This document shows positions 15,300 to 24,600 of a DNA stretch of 64,000 nt, one piece after another. The notes under the pieces are model-generated. The model was not told the origin of the DNA and made no database searches. It saw nothing but the letters and a program-made list of their open reading frames with translations. The stretch comes from a virus. Lineage: Duplodnaviria; Caudoviricetes. The stretch is from positions 1-64,000 of the IMG/VR virus record IMGVR_UViG_3300044842_000325. One strand, written 5' to 3'. Position 1 is the stretch's first letter. Every line of letters begins with the position of its first letter. A program made the translations under genes and the position numbers.

Positions 15300-18200
15300 T
15301 TAGCTCAAGCCATCGACCGAGCGCGGCACCGTCATCGTGAAGGACAATTGCATGCCCGTACCCGGTTCCGGATTGTCGCTGATTTCGATCAGCTTACCCG
15401 AACCAGTCGGACCGACACTGCCTTTGATGGCGCGTGTATAACCCGCACCGCCTTGCAGTTCGAAGTGCCAGGTACCAGCCGTGATGTCGGCGGCGACCAG
15501 CGGATCGACCGGATCAGGCACACCAGTGCTTACCGTGACGTTGGTGCCGTCGTCAGCGACAACCATCGTGCCGGTAAAGACGAGCGGCAACACCAAGGTA
15601 TTTTCTTGATAGATGTACAGGCGATACGGTTGGAACGCTGCGGCGATAGCATTGGCGCCTGCCAGACGCTTGCTACCGAGGTCGGCCGAGGCGATGGCGG
15701 TGTTGTATTCCGTCGTGGTCGTGTCGTCCATGGAGAACGGATACACGGTCGGCGCCGGCAACACATTCACCGTCACTGTGACCGGTGCACTTTCCGTGCG
15801 GTTGCCCGCCAGGTCGTATGCCTTTGCCGTGAACGTGTGGGTGCCGTTGTCAGCAACGCCCAGCGCCACCACACAGGTGTACGGCGAGCTGTTGTCAGAC
15901 GCGATCAGGATACCGTCTTTGTAGAACTCGACATTGACCACACCCACGTTATCGGTGGCATTGGCCGACAGCGTGATGCTGCCGCTGTTGGATACCACCG
16001 TCGACGACGTGGTCAGGCTGACCGACGGAGCGGTCAGGTCGGGGCCGAGACTTTCCGGGCGTACCGAAGGTGTCGCCGAAGAACCGGTCGGCGGGAAAGC
16101 ATCCAGCGTCGGGTCCGGACCCATGACCGCCACGGGTTGCAGGTTATCCGCCCAGATCGAGTTACCCGCCGTCGAGCTATAGGTGCCGCGCTTCGGCGTC
16201 ACACCACGGTTCGACTGATCCCAGCCTTCCGGACCAATCGGGCCACCCGTGTAATACAGCTCGAACGGTGTCGACATGATGCAGCGCGTCGGACCGATGA
16301 ACACGCAGTCAACGAATTTGACTGACACGTTCGAGTTATCCTGCATGATGTACGTTTCACTGAAGTTACCGCCTTGATCGTTCTGGAACAGGCAGTTACG
16401 GAAGATGTACTCAGCCGGCAGGTTAGCACCGTCGGACGGGATTTCTTGACCGATACCGATCAGGTTAGCCTGCGTTGCGCCCGCATCTTTGATGAACGAG
16501 CAGTTGACCGCGTGGACAACACCGCCGTTCGGCACGTCCAGTTCACGGCCTTCACGCGAACCACGATGATACGTCCGGTCCAGCACCGTCAGCGCGGCAC
16601 GGGTTTTGCAGTCGTGGCCGTGTTGGCAGTTGATGTACTTCGTACGCAGCAGGTAGGCCCGGTGCTTGTGCTGGATATAGCTGTTGTGCGATTGGCCGTC
16701 GTTGTAGGTACCGTTACCGTCCAGGACGCAGTCCACGATTTCGATCGAGTAACCCGTCGTCGGTGTGTTGGCCGTGCTCGGGATCGACGTAATGAAACCG
16801 TTTTCGTTGTTCGACATCGTCACACGTTCGACCCGCGTATGCACCACACCCGGGTTGATACGGATACCGCCACCCGAGTGGTCGGAGCTGACAGCGCCGG
16901 TCAGCTTGAGGTCACGGATGATGACGTTACCAGCTTCCGGGTCGAGAATAGCTTTACCGAATGCCAGACGGATCGTGCTGTCGACTTTCAGTTCCGGAAC
17001 ACCATTCACTGCTGGGTCACCTGCGACCGTATAGGTACCGGCTTGGCCGAACCATGCGGTACATTCGCTCAGCTGGCCAGAGCGCGTGACGTAGATCGTA
17101 TCGCCGTCTTGCAGCGCGTTCGACGCGAGCTGCATGCTGTCGTAACGAGTGGCGCCGATACGGGCGATTTGGGTGATCGTGTAGCCGGTATGGTAGTTGC
17201 AGAAGAAGAAACCCGTGTTCGAGTAGGTCGCTTCGAGCAAGTCGATAGCCGAACCGGCGGTCGACAGCTGCGGCGAGATGTTGTTACCGAACTTGTATTT
17301 CTTGTCCAGCGTAATTATGTGGTTACCGCCCTGGTCTTGCATCAGCACGAACAGGTAGGTCTGGCCCGAGACCGGGTTTTGAATCGGCGGCAGCGTGAAG
17401 TCGTTCTTGACCGTCACCGTAAAGACATTGCCGTCATCGGCGTTGATCGATTGCGGGGTGATTTGCGACGAATCCGGAATGACCACTTCGGCCACCGTAC
17501 CGCCACCACCACCGCCACCGCCGGTACCCGAATCACCCTTCGGACCCTTGAGGCTCAAGAACCAGTCGGTGATCGAGCCAACGAAACCGTTGTCGAGAGC
17601 CAGCTGGTAAGCGCTCTTACCTTCGATACCTTGATCGCCTTTCGGACCTTTCAGGCTCAGCAACCAATCCTGTTCCGTACCCGGAAAACCGTTATCCTTG
17701 GCGATCTCGAATGCCGATTTGCCATCAGCGCCGGACAGACCGAGGAACTTACCAGCGTCGAACCAGCCGTTTTCACCCTTGATCCAGACGTCTTCGCCGA
17801 TGACGTAGGCGCTACCGACGCCATCGTTTGCCGGCAAGTCTGCCGATGTTGCCAGGTGATCTTTGATGATGATGCTGGTGCCGTCTCTGCCCTTCAGCGA
17901 AGCGATCCAGTCAGCTTGGGTGCCGTTGTAGCCACCGGCTGCTGCCAGTTCGAAAGCGGACTTACCGTCCGTTCCTTTGTCACCCTTCGGGCCCTTCAGC
18001 GAGGCAAGCCAGCTGGTTTCGTCGCCCGGGAAATTGCCGATCTCCACAGCGATTTCATACGCACTTTTACCGCGCTCACCGTTGCTGCCGTTTTGGCCAT
18101 CGGTACCCTTGGGGCCTTTGAGGCTGTTGAGGAAGTCGGTTTCGGTACCGAGAAAGCCCTTCCGGACGGCGATCTCGTATAAACTTTCACCATTGAGACC

Positions 18201-18626
18201 ATCGTTGCCGTCGCGACCGCTCTTGCCGGGTACACCCGACAAAGTGATCATCCATTCGGAAGCGGCACCGCCACCCACCACACTTTGCACGTTGACAGTC
18301 AGGTTCGTGTCGGTGTAATCGGTAACAACCCCGTACATCGCATTGCTGCCGCTAGTGGCCACCACGTATTGGTTGGGCTTGAAAGCCTTGCCGGCTTCGA
18401 CCTCGAACGTTTTGCTGCCGGTACCGATGTTGATACCTGTTTGGCTGGTGGTCGAAATGGAGGCGAAGACTTTGTCGTTGACATGAGCGATGACCTTGGC
18501 GATACTGGGTACGTCGCCACCGGCGGTGGTGACTGACGTGTTGGCATCCCCTTGCACGATCTTATCGATCTTGTCGAAGTTGTCCATCGCTTTCGCGAGG
18601 GCCGTACTGAAAGTTGTATCGGTCAT
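15300..18626 (-). CDS. Tail fibre/spike: N-terminal anchor, collagen-like repeats, beta-helix domain, Big/Ig domain, C-terminal docking domain
   Basis: Anchor G..NT.V.T..G.VPSIAK; about 6 repeats of GKSA(Y/F)E.A...G..GT...W..SLKGPKG; beta-helix (SDHSGGGIR, NENG, GQSHN.Y, GRELDVPNGG); Ig motif APSVSL...ATDNVGV..VEFY.DG...AKAYDLAGN. Confidence 0.8.
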   Translation of the reverse strand: MTDTTFSTALAKAMDNFDKIDKIVQGDANTSVTTAGGDVPSIAKVIAHVNDKVFASISTTSQTGINIGTGSKTFEVEAGKAFKPNQYVVATSGSNAMYGVVTDYTDTNLTVNVQSVVGGGAASEWMITLSGVPGKSGRDGNDGLNGESLYEIAVRKGFLGTETDFLNSLKGPKGTDGQNGSNGERGKSAYEIAVEIGNFPGDETSWLASLKGPKGDKGTDGKSAFELAAAGGYNGTQADWIASLKGRDGTSIIIKDHLATSADLPANDGVGSAYVIGEDVWIKGENGWFDAGKFLGLSGADGKSAFEIAKDNGFPGTEQDWLLSLKGPKGDQGIEGKSAYQLALDNGFVGSITDWFLSLKGPKGDSGTGGGGGGGGTVAEVVIPDSSQITPQSINADDGNVFTVTVKNDFTLPPIQNPVSGQTYLFVLMQDQGGNHIITLDKKYKFGNNISPQLSTAGSAIDLLEATYSNTGFFFCNYHTGYTITQIARIGATRYDSMQLASNALQDGDTIYVTRSGQLSECTAWFGQAGTYTVAGDPAVNGVPELKVDSTIRLAFGKAILDPEAGNVIIRDLKLTGAVSSDHSGGGIRINPGVVHTRVERVTMSNNENGFITSIPSTANTPTTGYSIEIVDCVLDGNGTYNDGQSHNSYIQHKHRAYLLRTKYINCQHGHDCKTRAALTVLDRTYHRGSREGRELDVPNGGVVHAVNCSFIKDAGATQANLIGIGQEIPSDGANLPAEYIFRNCLFQNDQGGNFSETYIMQDNSNVSVKFVDCVFIGPTRCIMSTPFELYYTGGPIGPEGWDQSNRGVTPKRGTYSSTAGNSIWADNLQPVAVMGPDPTLDAFPPTGSSATPSVRPESLGPDLTAPSVSLTTSSTVVSNSGSITLSANATDNVGVVNVEFYKDGILIASDNSSPYTCVVALGVADNGTHTFTAKAYDLAGNRTESAPVTVTVNVLPAPTVYPFSMDDTTTTEYNTAIASADLGSKRLAGANAIAAAFQPYRLYIYQENTLVLPLVFTGTMVVADDGTNVTVSTGVPDPVDPLVAADITAGTWHFELQGGAGYTRAIKGSVGPTGSGKLIEISDNPEPGTGMQLSFTMTVPRSVDGLS
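17530..18235 (-). repeat. Collagen-like (GXY) / SAYEIA repeat array within the fibre
   Basis: Repeated SLKGPKG(D/T)..G..GKSA(Y/F). Confidence 0.8.
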
Positions 18627-18647
18627 GACTGATCTTTCCAGTAAAAA

Positions 18648-19139
18648 TTATCCGAGGAGGTTGTAGGAAGGGAGCGTGACATTCACGAAATGATCGAAGA
18701 TGTCATACTCGGGTGGGAAGCCAAGGGTATAGTCGGCCACCGTTTGGCCATACCACTTGATCGCACCGCTCTTGGCGACGATAGGGATTTTTACCACTTC
18801 GCCGATTTGGATATCAGGAAGAACAATGTCGTCGAATTCTTCCGCCAACAAATCGATCTTCTTTTGATTACTGAGCAGCGTCAGAAAGTCCGACACTGTC
18901 AGGGGAACGGGCGACGAGGCATCGAGTGTGCCCAGTGCCGGCAGGGACAGGCGGTTGTAGTAAATGTTCATACTACCGCTAAATTGCGTGTCAGGATTTG
19001 CACTGACCACGACTTTCGTGTTGCGTCCTTGGTAGTCAACTACCTCGGGTGCTGAAATCGTCACATCACTGGCTTGAAGGCTGGTGTTGTTGTCGTGGTT
19101 AATCAAATCGATCAATTCTTGCTTCGCTGTTGTGCTCAT
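18648..19139 (-). CDS. Fibre adaptor/attachment protein (paralog of 25046..25540 and 25673..26245)
   Basis: Shared pattern L..LIN..N...L....RNT.V...A...(F/Y)SG......YNR..L; sits directly upstream of a fibre gene. Confidence 0.65.
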   Translation of the reverse strand: MSTTAKQELIDLINHDNNTSLQASDVTISAPEVVDYQGRNTKVVVSANPDTQFSGSMNIYYNRLSLPALGTLDASSPVPLTVSDFLTLLSNQKKIDLLAEEFDDIVLPDIQIGEVVKIPIVAKSGAIKWYGQTVADYTLGFPPEYDIFDHFVNVTLPSYNLLG

Positions 19140-19201
19140 GATCGCCTTTAATAAATAAAAAAGTATCTTTCAGCATAGCATAACGACACGGTGTAAGACG
19201 C

Positions 19202-19231
19202 CTAGAAGGTGGGCTCACGCCCGCCTTCTAG
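19202..19231 (-). terminator. Terminator-like hairpin
   Basis: CTAGAAGGTGGGC-TCAC-GCCCGCCTTCTAG. Confidence 0.65.
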
Positions 19232-19242
19232 TTGTCATTATG

Positions 19243-19734
19243 TTAAATCGAAGCCCAATTTGTCGTGGGTAAGTTCATCATCTCTCGACGGTTGAACGAC
19301 TCGGCCAAGAACTTGATGACTTGATACAAACTGCCAGGATCGAAGCGCCACGAATTGGGAAGTCCAAGCGCCGCGCCAACTGCTTCCGAGCAGAACCAGT
19401 CGCCATTGCTGTCACCCACCACGCTGATCACGAAGTGCAGGTTGCCCAGCAAATCGTAGGGTTGCCCTTCATGAGCGTCGAACCACTGGCGCGCTTTCGC
19501 TTCGAACACTGCGGCGGGCAATTCAATGCAATCCCAGTGGTTGGGGTCGTAATCGATCTTCTTGTAGCGTACGCCACCATCGCTGTACGAAGACGACGCC
19601 GACCAACCGTCGCTAAATTGAATCTCGCAGTGCGAGTAAATCGATTTGGTGACGAGACGCACGCCACGGCTATAAATCCCCGCCAAACCCGGCCGGATGG
19701 ATTTATAGAAGTACACCTTGATGGTTTTCTCCAT
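19243..19734 (-). CDS. Permuted papain-like NlpC/P60 (YiiX/YaeF-type) amidase/acyl-hydrolase
   Basis: His before Cys: YSHCEI ... G.PYDLLG ... WFCSEAV. Confidence 0.7.
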   Translation of the reverse strand: MEKTIKVYFYKSIRPGLAGIYSRGVRLVTKSIYSHCEIQFSDGWSASSSYSDGGVRYKKIDYDPNHWDCIELPAAVFEAKARQWFDAHEGQPYDLLGNLHFVISVVGDSNGDWFCSEAVGAALGLPNSWRFDPGSLYQVIKFLAESFNRREMMNLPTTNWASI

Positions 19735-19752
19735 ACACTACTCCTTGCTCTT

Positions 19753-20688
19753 TCAGGGGGACAAGGTGGCCTTATAATCCTCATAGCTGAGCGGCCACCC
19801 TTCGTGGAAATTGTACGACTCCGGATCATCCAGGGTCATAACTTTGGCTTGATGCTTCTTGGCAACGTTGAAGACCACGATCTCGTTGAATGTTCCTGCG
19901 TCAATCACCTTGTAGAGTGTTTCGACTGTGAACGGCACGTATTCGCCCGACATGGTTCGCCATCCCACGTCGATCGTGAAATCCAGTGGCCACCCTTTGC
20001 GTGTGACTGAGCTGGCGAGGAGCGCGTACTGGTTTCGGCTTGGATCATCACTTTGGAACCAGTAATCGGCACCGTTCACGTTGATTTGGACGCCACCGGC
20101 TTTACGCTTATCACGTAACGCTTTGATGCGTGTGCACTGATTCATCCGACGCTCGTCCAGTGAAGGCGGTACGTAGGGGTTGGTGAGCATCGCCATAAAC
20201 TCTTCACTGGGGCGCAGCACAGCGCTGATGTCGGTGCGACGCACGAAGTCCAGCACGTTCGGGATGGCCGGCCACACAACGTTAAAGGGGTCGCCGTTAT
20301 CTGTGATGTCGCGCAGCGCCTGACGGAATTTGATGGCGTAATTTTGATCCACCGCATCGAGCGAATTCCAGCGATCGGCCACTGTGATCACGTCCGTAGC
20401 TTGCAGGATCGGATCACGCATCTGGCGCAACCACGCCAGCACCGCAGGTTTGGTGCGGGCAAGCACTTCATCGATGCTGGTCTGTTTGATACCGTATTCG
20501 ATTGCCCGTTGGATCGGCATAAAACTGATGTTCTGGTGCAACATCGCCCATTGGTAAAAGTGTTCGAGATTCTCGTCACTTTGTTCCAGCAAGCCCGTGG
20601 CACTGCCCCACGTATTATCGATCTGGATCAGATCACTGGCAGTTTTGGCGCGGATGTCGCACACCAGATACCATTTGGCGTTTAACAT
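19753..20688 (-). CDS. Tail fibre assembly chaperone (tail-assembly-chaperone domain plus DUF4376-like C-terminus)
   Basis: LRQMRDPIL.ATD...RW......FRQALRDIT....P.NVVWP; then IKALRDKR..GGV.....WFQSD..SR.Q...WRTMSGEYV. Confidence 0.7.
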   Translation of the reverse strand: MLNAKWYLVCDIRAKTASDLIQIDNTWGSATGLLEQSDENLEHFYQWAMLHQNISFMPIQRAIEYGIKQTSIDEVLARTKPAVLAWLRQMRDPILQATDVITVADRWNSLDAVDQNYAIKFRQALRDITDNGDPFNVVWPAIPNVLDFVRRTDISAVLRPSEEFMAMLTNPYVPPSLDERRMNQCTRIKALRDKRKAGGVQINVNGADYWFQSDDPSRNQYALLASSVTRKGWPLDFTIDVGWRTMSGEYVPFTVETLYKVIDAGTFNEIVVFNVAKKHQAKVMTLDDPESYNFHEGWPLSYEDYKATLSP

Positions 20689-20698
20689 GTTGTTTCCT

Positions 20699-21598
20699 TT
20701 AAATTGGAGTGATCGTCACGTATGCCCCGGGCGGCACGGTTACCGATACACCCGGCGCGCTGTACGAGAGATTGGACGGCGTCGGCGAGACTACCGGTGC
20801 GAGTTGGTCGGCCGCCCCACCTGGAAAAGTCACCCCACCAAACACCATGGGTGGCGCAGCATTTCCGGGGACTGTCGGATTATAGTTCGCCGTACCGGGC
20901 GTCGATGGATTGTAATTCGCAGTACCCGGCGTGGTCGGATTATAGTTCGCCGTCGATGGGTAATACGGATTGTAATTTGCATTCCCTGGGGTGGGGGAAT
21001 TCGTGGTGGTGTAACTCGGGTTGTAGTACGCCGGGGTGTACGTACCGGGATTGGTGTTCCCAGGTGTGAATGTGGCTGGGTTGTTATAACCCGCCTCGTA
21101 CAACGTACACAATTTAATCGGCTTACCGAACTCATCGTAGTCGTAGCCTGACAAAGTCCAGCCAGACGGGCAACTTTGCGTATAACCGACCCACGCTTCG
21201 GTGTAGTACGGGTTGTTGGTGTTGCCGGGTGAATAGGTGCCGGGATTGTTGTTACCCGGCGTGTAGCTGGCCGGCACCAAGTTACCCGGGGTTGTTGTGC
21301 TATTCCCGGGCACTCGAGGATTGTAGTAAGCAACGTTACCGCCCGATGCCGTGTTATAGCCAGAAACATTTCCAGCCACTGGCGGATTGTAATTGGCGAT
21401 GTTACCCGGAGTTGGGGAATTGTAGTTTGCTACCGTCGACGGCACCGTCGTGTTTCCACTGGGGCCACGGCCACCCACTTTGATAAGCCCGCGTCCATAC
21501 GGGACGGGATACGTGCCAGGCGCATTGAAAGTTGTTGAACTCCGGTTGGCACGTAGCGTCCGGTCAAGACGAAATCGTGTTGATAAAGTCATCTTCAT
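20699..21598 (-). CDS. Putative fibre-tip adhesin with an ANYNPxxPG repeat stalk and a Cys-paired central domain
   Basis: Lies between fibre and chaperone genes; 10-11-aa repeats flank a CPSGW...LC core. Confidence 0.55.
   Translation of the reverse strand: MKMTLSTRFRLDRTLRANRSSTTFNAPGTYPVPYGRGLIKVGGRGPSGNTTVPSTVANYNSPTPGNIANYNPPVAGNVSGYNTASGGNVAYYNPRVPGNSTTTPGNLVPASYTPGNNNPGTYSPGNTNNPYYTEAWVGYTQSCPSGWTLSGYDYDEFGKPIKLCTLYEAGYNNPATFTPGNTNPGTYTPAYYNPSYTTTNSPTPGNANYNPYYPSTANYNPTTPGTANYNPSTPGTANYNPTVPGNAAPPMVFGGVTFPGGAADQLAPVVSPTPSNLSYSAPGVSVTVPPGAYVTITPI
20862..20990 (-). repeat. 30-bp coding tandem repeats (ANYNPxxPG[T/N])
   Basis: GGATTATAGTTCGCCGT / GGATTGTAATTCGCAGT units at 30-bp period. 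Confidence 0.75.
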
Positions 21599-21611
21599 CC
21601 CTCAGAAAAAC

Positions 21612-21633
21612 CGGATGGGGCGAACCCCATCCG
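21612..21633 (-). terminator. Intrinsic terminator between fibre and adhesin genes
   Basis: CGGATGGGG-CGAA-CCCCATCCG (UUCG loop on the minus strand) followed by GTTTTT. Confidence 0.7.
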
Positions 21634-21640
21634 AGAAGGG

Positions 21641-24600
21641 TTAGCGTTGGTCGGCGATCGACAACGAACCGGCGTAAACAGCCGCATCATCCACATAGAA
21701 CGTCCAGACGTCTTTGGCGTTTGCTGTGGTGGTGCGGGGTGGCAGCAGACCACCCGCCCACTGGATCGTGTTACCGAACGACATTGCACGCCCGCCGGTG
21801 GCGTCGTTGATCGTGATCACGGTGAAGTTGAAGAACTCACCATTGGGGGATGGCGGAGGATTGGTGAAGGTCAATGTGGTATTGGCCTGCACATACACCT
21901 TGAACACAGTGGCACCATCACCATTGTTCAAATCGATGACGGTGGAGGCCGTATTAGCAATCACTGTACGACTACGTTCACGCGCGTTACCGAAAATCGG
22001 CACGCCCAGTGCAGTCATGTAGTTCAAGCACTGTGTCACGCCACTGGCGCGACCCACAAACACCGCCCAGTCACCCGCTTGGGTTTTGATGTTGGAGCCC
22101 GTCGGCAAATCGATCACGTTGTTCTCGGTCAGAATCAGAGAACTGGCAAACCGCACAAAGCGCATGTGACCGTCCGCTAAGTTAATGGCGCTGATTGTGG
22201 TATTGCCCGTGATCTCAACCACATTGCTAAGTACCGAATCAAGGTTAATGGTCGCAGCGCTGGCAAGCGATGCCGCGGGTGCAAAGTTCAGCACCCCCGC
22301 CATGGTGTCGCCACCTTTGTTTACCGGCGTGTACGTCAGCTTTTGAAGAATCGACGCCTGCGTCTCATCGCCAGTGTTGCTACCCGACAGCGTCGACACC
22401 CCGAGCTTTGACTTGATTGAAGCTTGGGTTTCGTCACCAGTGTTGCTGCCTGAAATCGACGAGATGCCCAGTTTCGACAGGATCGTCGCCTGTGTCTCAT
22501 CGCCCGTATTCGTGCCACTGTTGGTACCCGTGATGTCGGCTGTGGTAGCCAGCGTGCCGCTCTTATCCGGCAAGACGTAAGTACGAATCGCGGTGTTGTT
22601 ATTTTCCAGTGTCGAAGTGACTGTGCCCGCGTTGTTCTTCAGATTAAGCTTGAACCCCGCCAAGCCCGGGAAACCGCTGCTTGCGTCTTTCGATGCCGGT
22701 GAGACCGGGGTGTAGCCCAACGCGGTTGTGACCATACCGCTTGTGATGGCCGAAATGTAACCGGCGGGGTTCGACGCATTGTACGGCACATACCCGAGAT
22801 TGGATTCGAGGATATCCCAGTTCGCAGCCGTTTGGCCCGGTGTATCCACAAGAGCACGAATGCTGTCGCCGATGTTCACCGCAATACCGCCGATCGTACC
22901 AGCGACCGACACAAAGAACAGGTTACCTTTCTTAATCGCCCCACTGGTGCCCGTGCCACCCGTAGTTGGATACGTGCCACCCGAAGCATCCCAGTTACCG
23001 CAATCGACCACCACGTTGGTTAACCGCGAATCCAGCAGCGTCTTCACTGCCAGCGTCGTCGGGAACTTGACGTTGTCCACCACACTGAAATCGATCGCTT
23101 TGTTCGCGCTGTTCTCTTTCAAGTTCAGCGCAGTTTGCTGCGCGGTCGACACCGGCTTATTGGCGTCAGAGGTATTGTTGACTTGATCGAGCGTCAGCAA
23201 GGCTTTGACTTGGGTAGCGTTAAGCGTTTCGATATTGCCCGAACCGGCACTCGCGCGACCCAGCATAACGCCATTGGCGACCTGTGTCATCTTGGCCAGT
23301 GTCACCGCATTCGGCGCGATGGTGGCGGCAAACGAGCCCGTGCCCGTGCCCGTCACGTCACCCGTTAAGGTGATGGTTTGGTCACCGGTATTAACACCAG
23401 AGATTGACGAGATGCCGAGCTTTTGCAAGATGGACGCTTGGGTTTCGTCGCCCGTGTTGACACCACTACTGGTGCCTTGCAAGTCGTCGATTGTCGCAAG
23501 CGTGCCATCTTTGTCGGGCAGCTTCCAGGTCCGAACAGCCGTGGCGTCCGTTGTCAGTTTGGAACTGATCGTACCCAGCGCATTCACAACGGTGATCGCG
23601 TAACCGTTTAACCCGACCACGCCATTGGCGGCATTTTTGTCAGTAGTTTTGATCGGTGTATAACCGAGCGCGGTGGTCACCATCGAGCCGGTGATTCCCG
23701 AGATATAGCCTGCGGGGTTCGTGGCGTTGTACGGCACGTATCCCAGGTTTGATTCCAGCACTGCCCAGTTGGCAGCCGTCTGGCCAGGCGCATCTACCAG
23801 CGCACGGAACGAGTCACCGACGTTGACGGCCACGCCACCCAAAGTACCAGCAACACTGACATACCACATGTTGCCCTTCTTGACGGCGCCCCCGGTACCA
23901 CTACCGCCCGTAGTAGGGAAAGCGTTGGTCGACGCGTCCCAGTTACCACAGTCCTTCAGAAGACCCACGACGAGCGAATCGGCGTAAGTCTTGACCGCTT
24001 GCACGCTTGGGTAGAGGGTATTGTTAACCGTGCTGAAATCGGTGGCTTTGTTCGACAGGTTCTCTTTGAGTAAGAGTTTGGCGACGTAATCGTTGACCGC
24101 GCCATTGATTTGCGTCTGCAGCTTACTGATCGCGTTGACTACCGTATCGCTCGCAGCCACAGCCCCCGTGGTCCCTGCCACATACGTCGTCAATACCGAT
24201 TGAATCGCACGCAGTTGTGTGAAGTACAGGTTCTGCGTCCCTTCCGGCACCGAATTGGTGTCGCTCACCAACACGTTGAGTTGCTGATAACCGACTCCGT
24301 TCCAGTAATACATCGTAGACAGGTCAAGCGTGATGTACAGTCGCTTAGGTACCCCTTGGTTGGGCAGCGCTGCGGCGTTAGCGACAGTTACGACCGAATC
24401 GAAGTCACCCGTGTTAGAACCGCTTAACGTGCTGATTCCCAACTTTTGCAAGATGGATGCCTGCGTTTCATCACCGGTGTTGGTGCCGCTATTGGTGCCT
24501 GTGATGTCGGCCAACGTAGCCAATACGCCGTCCTTGCTTGGCAAGGTCCATGAGCGAGCGACGGTGTTGTTATTGGCCAGATAACCTTTGGTGGTGTTAA

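Noticed and set aside
20862-20990. 30-bp periodic repeats as a possible CRISPR array
   Set aside because: In-frame coding repeats with synonymous variation; no unique spacers and no cas genes
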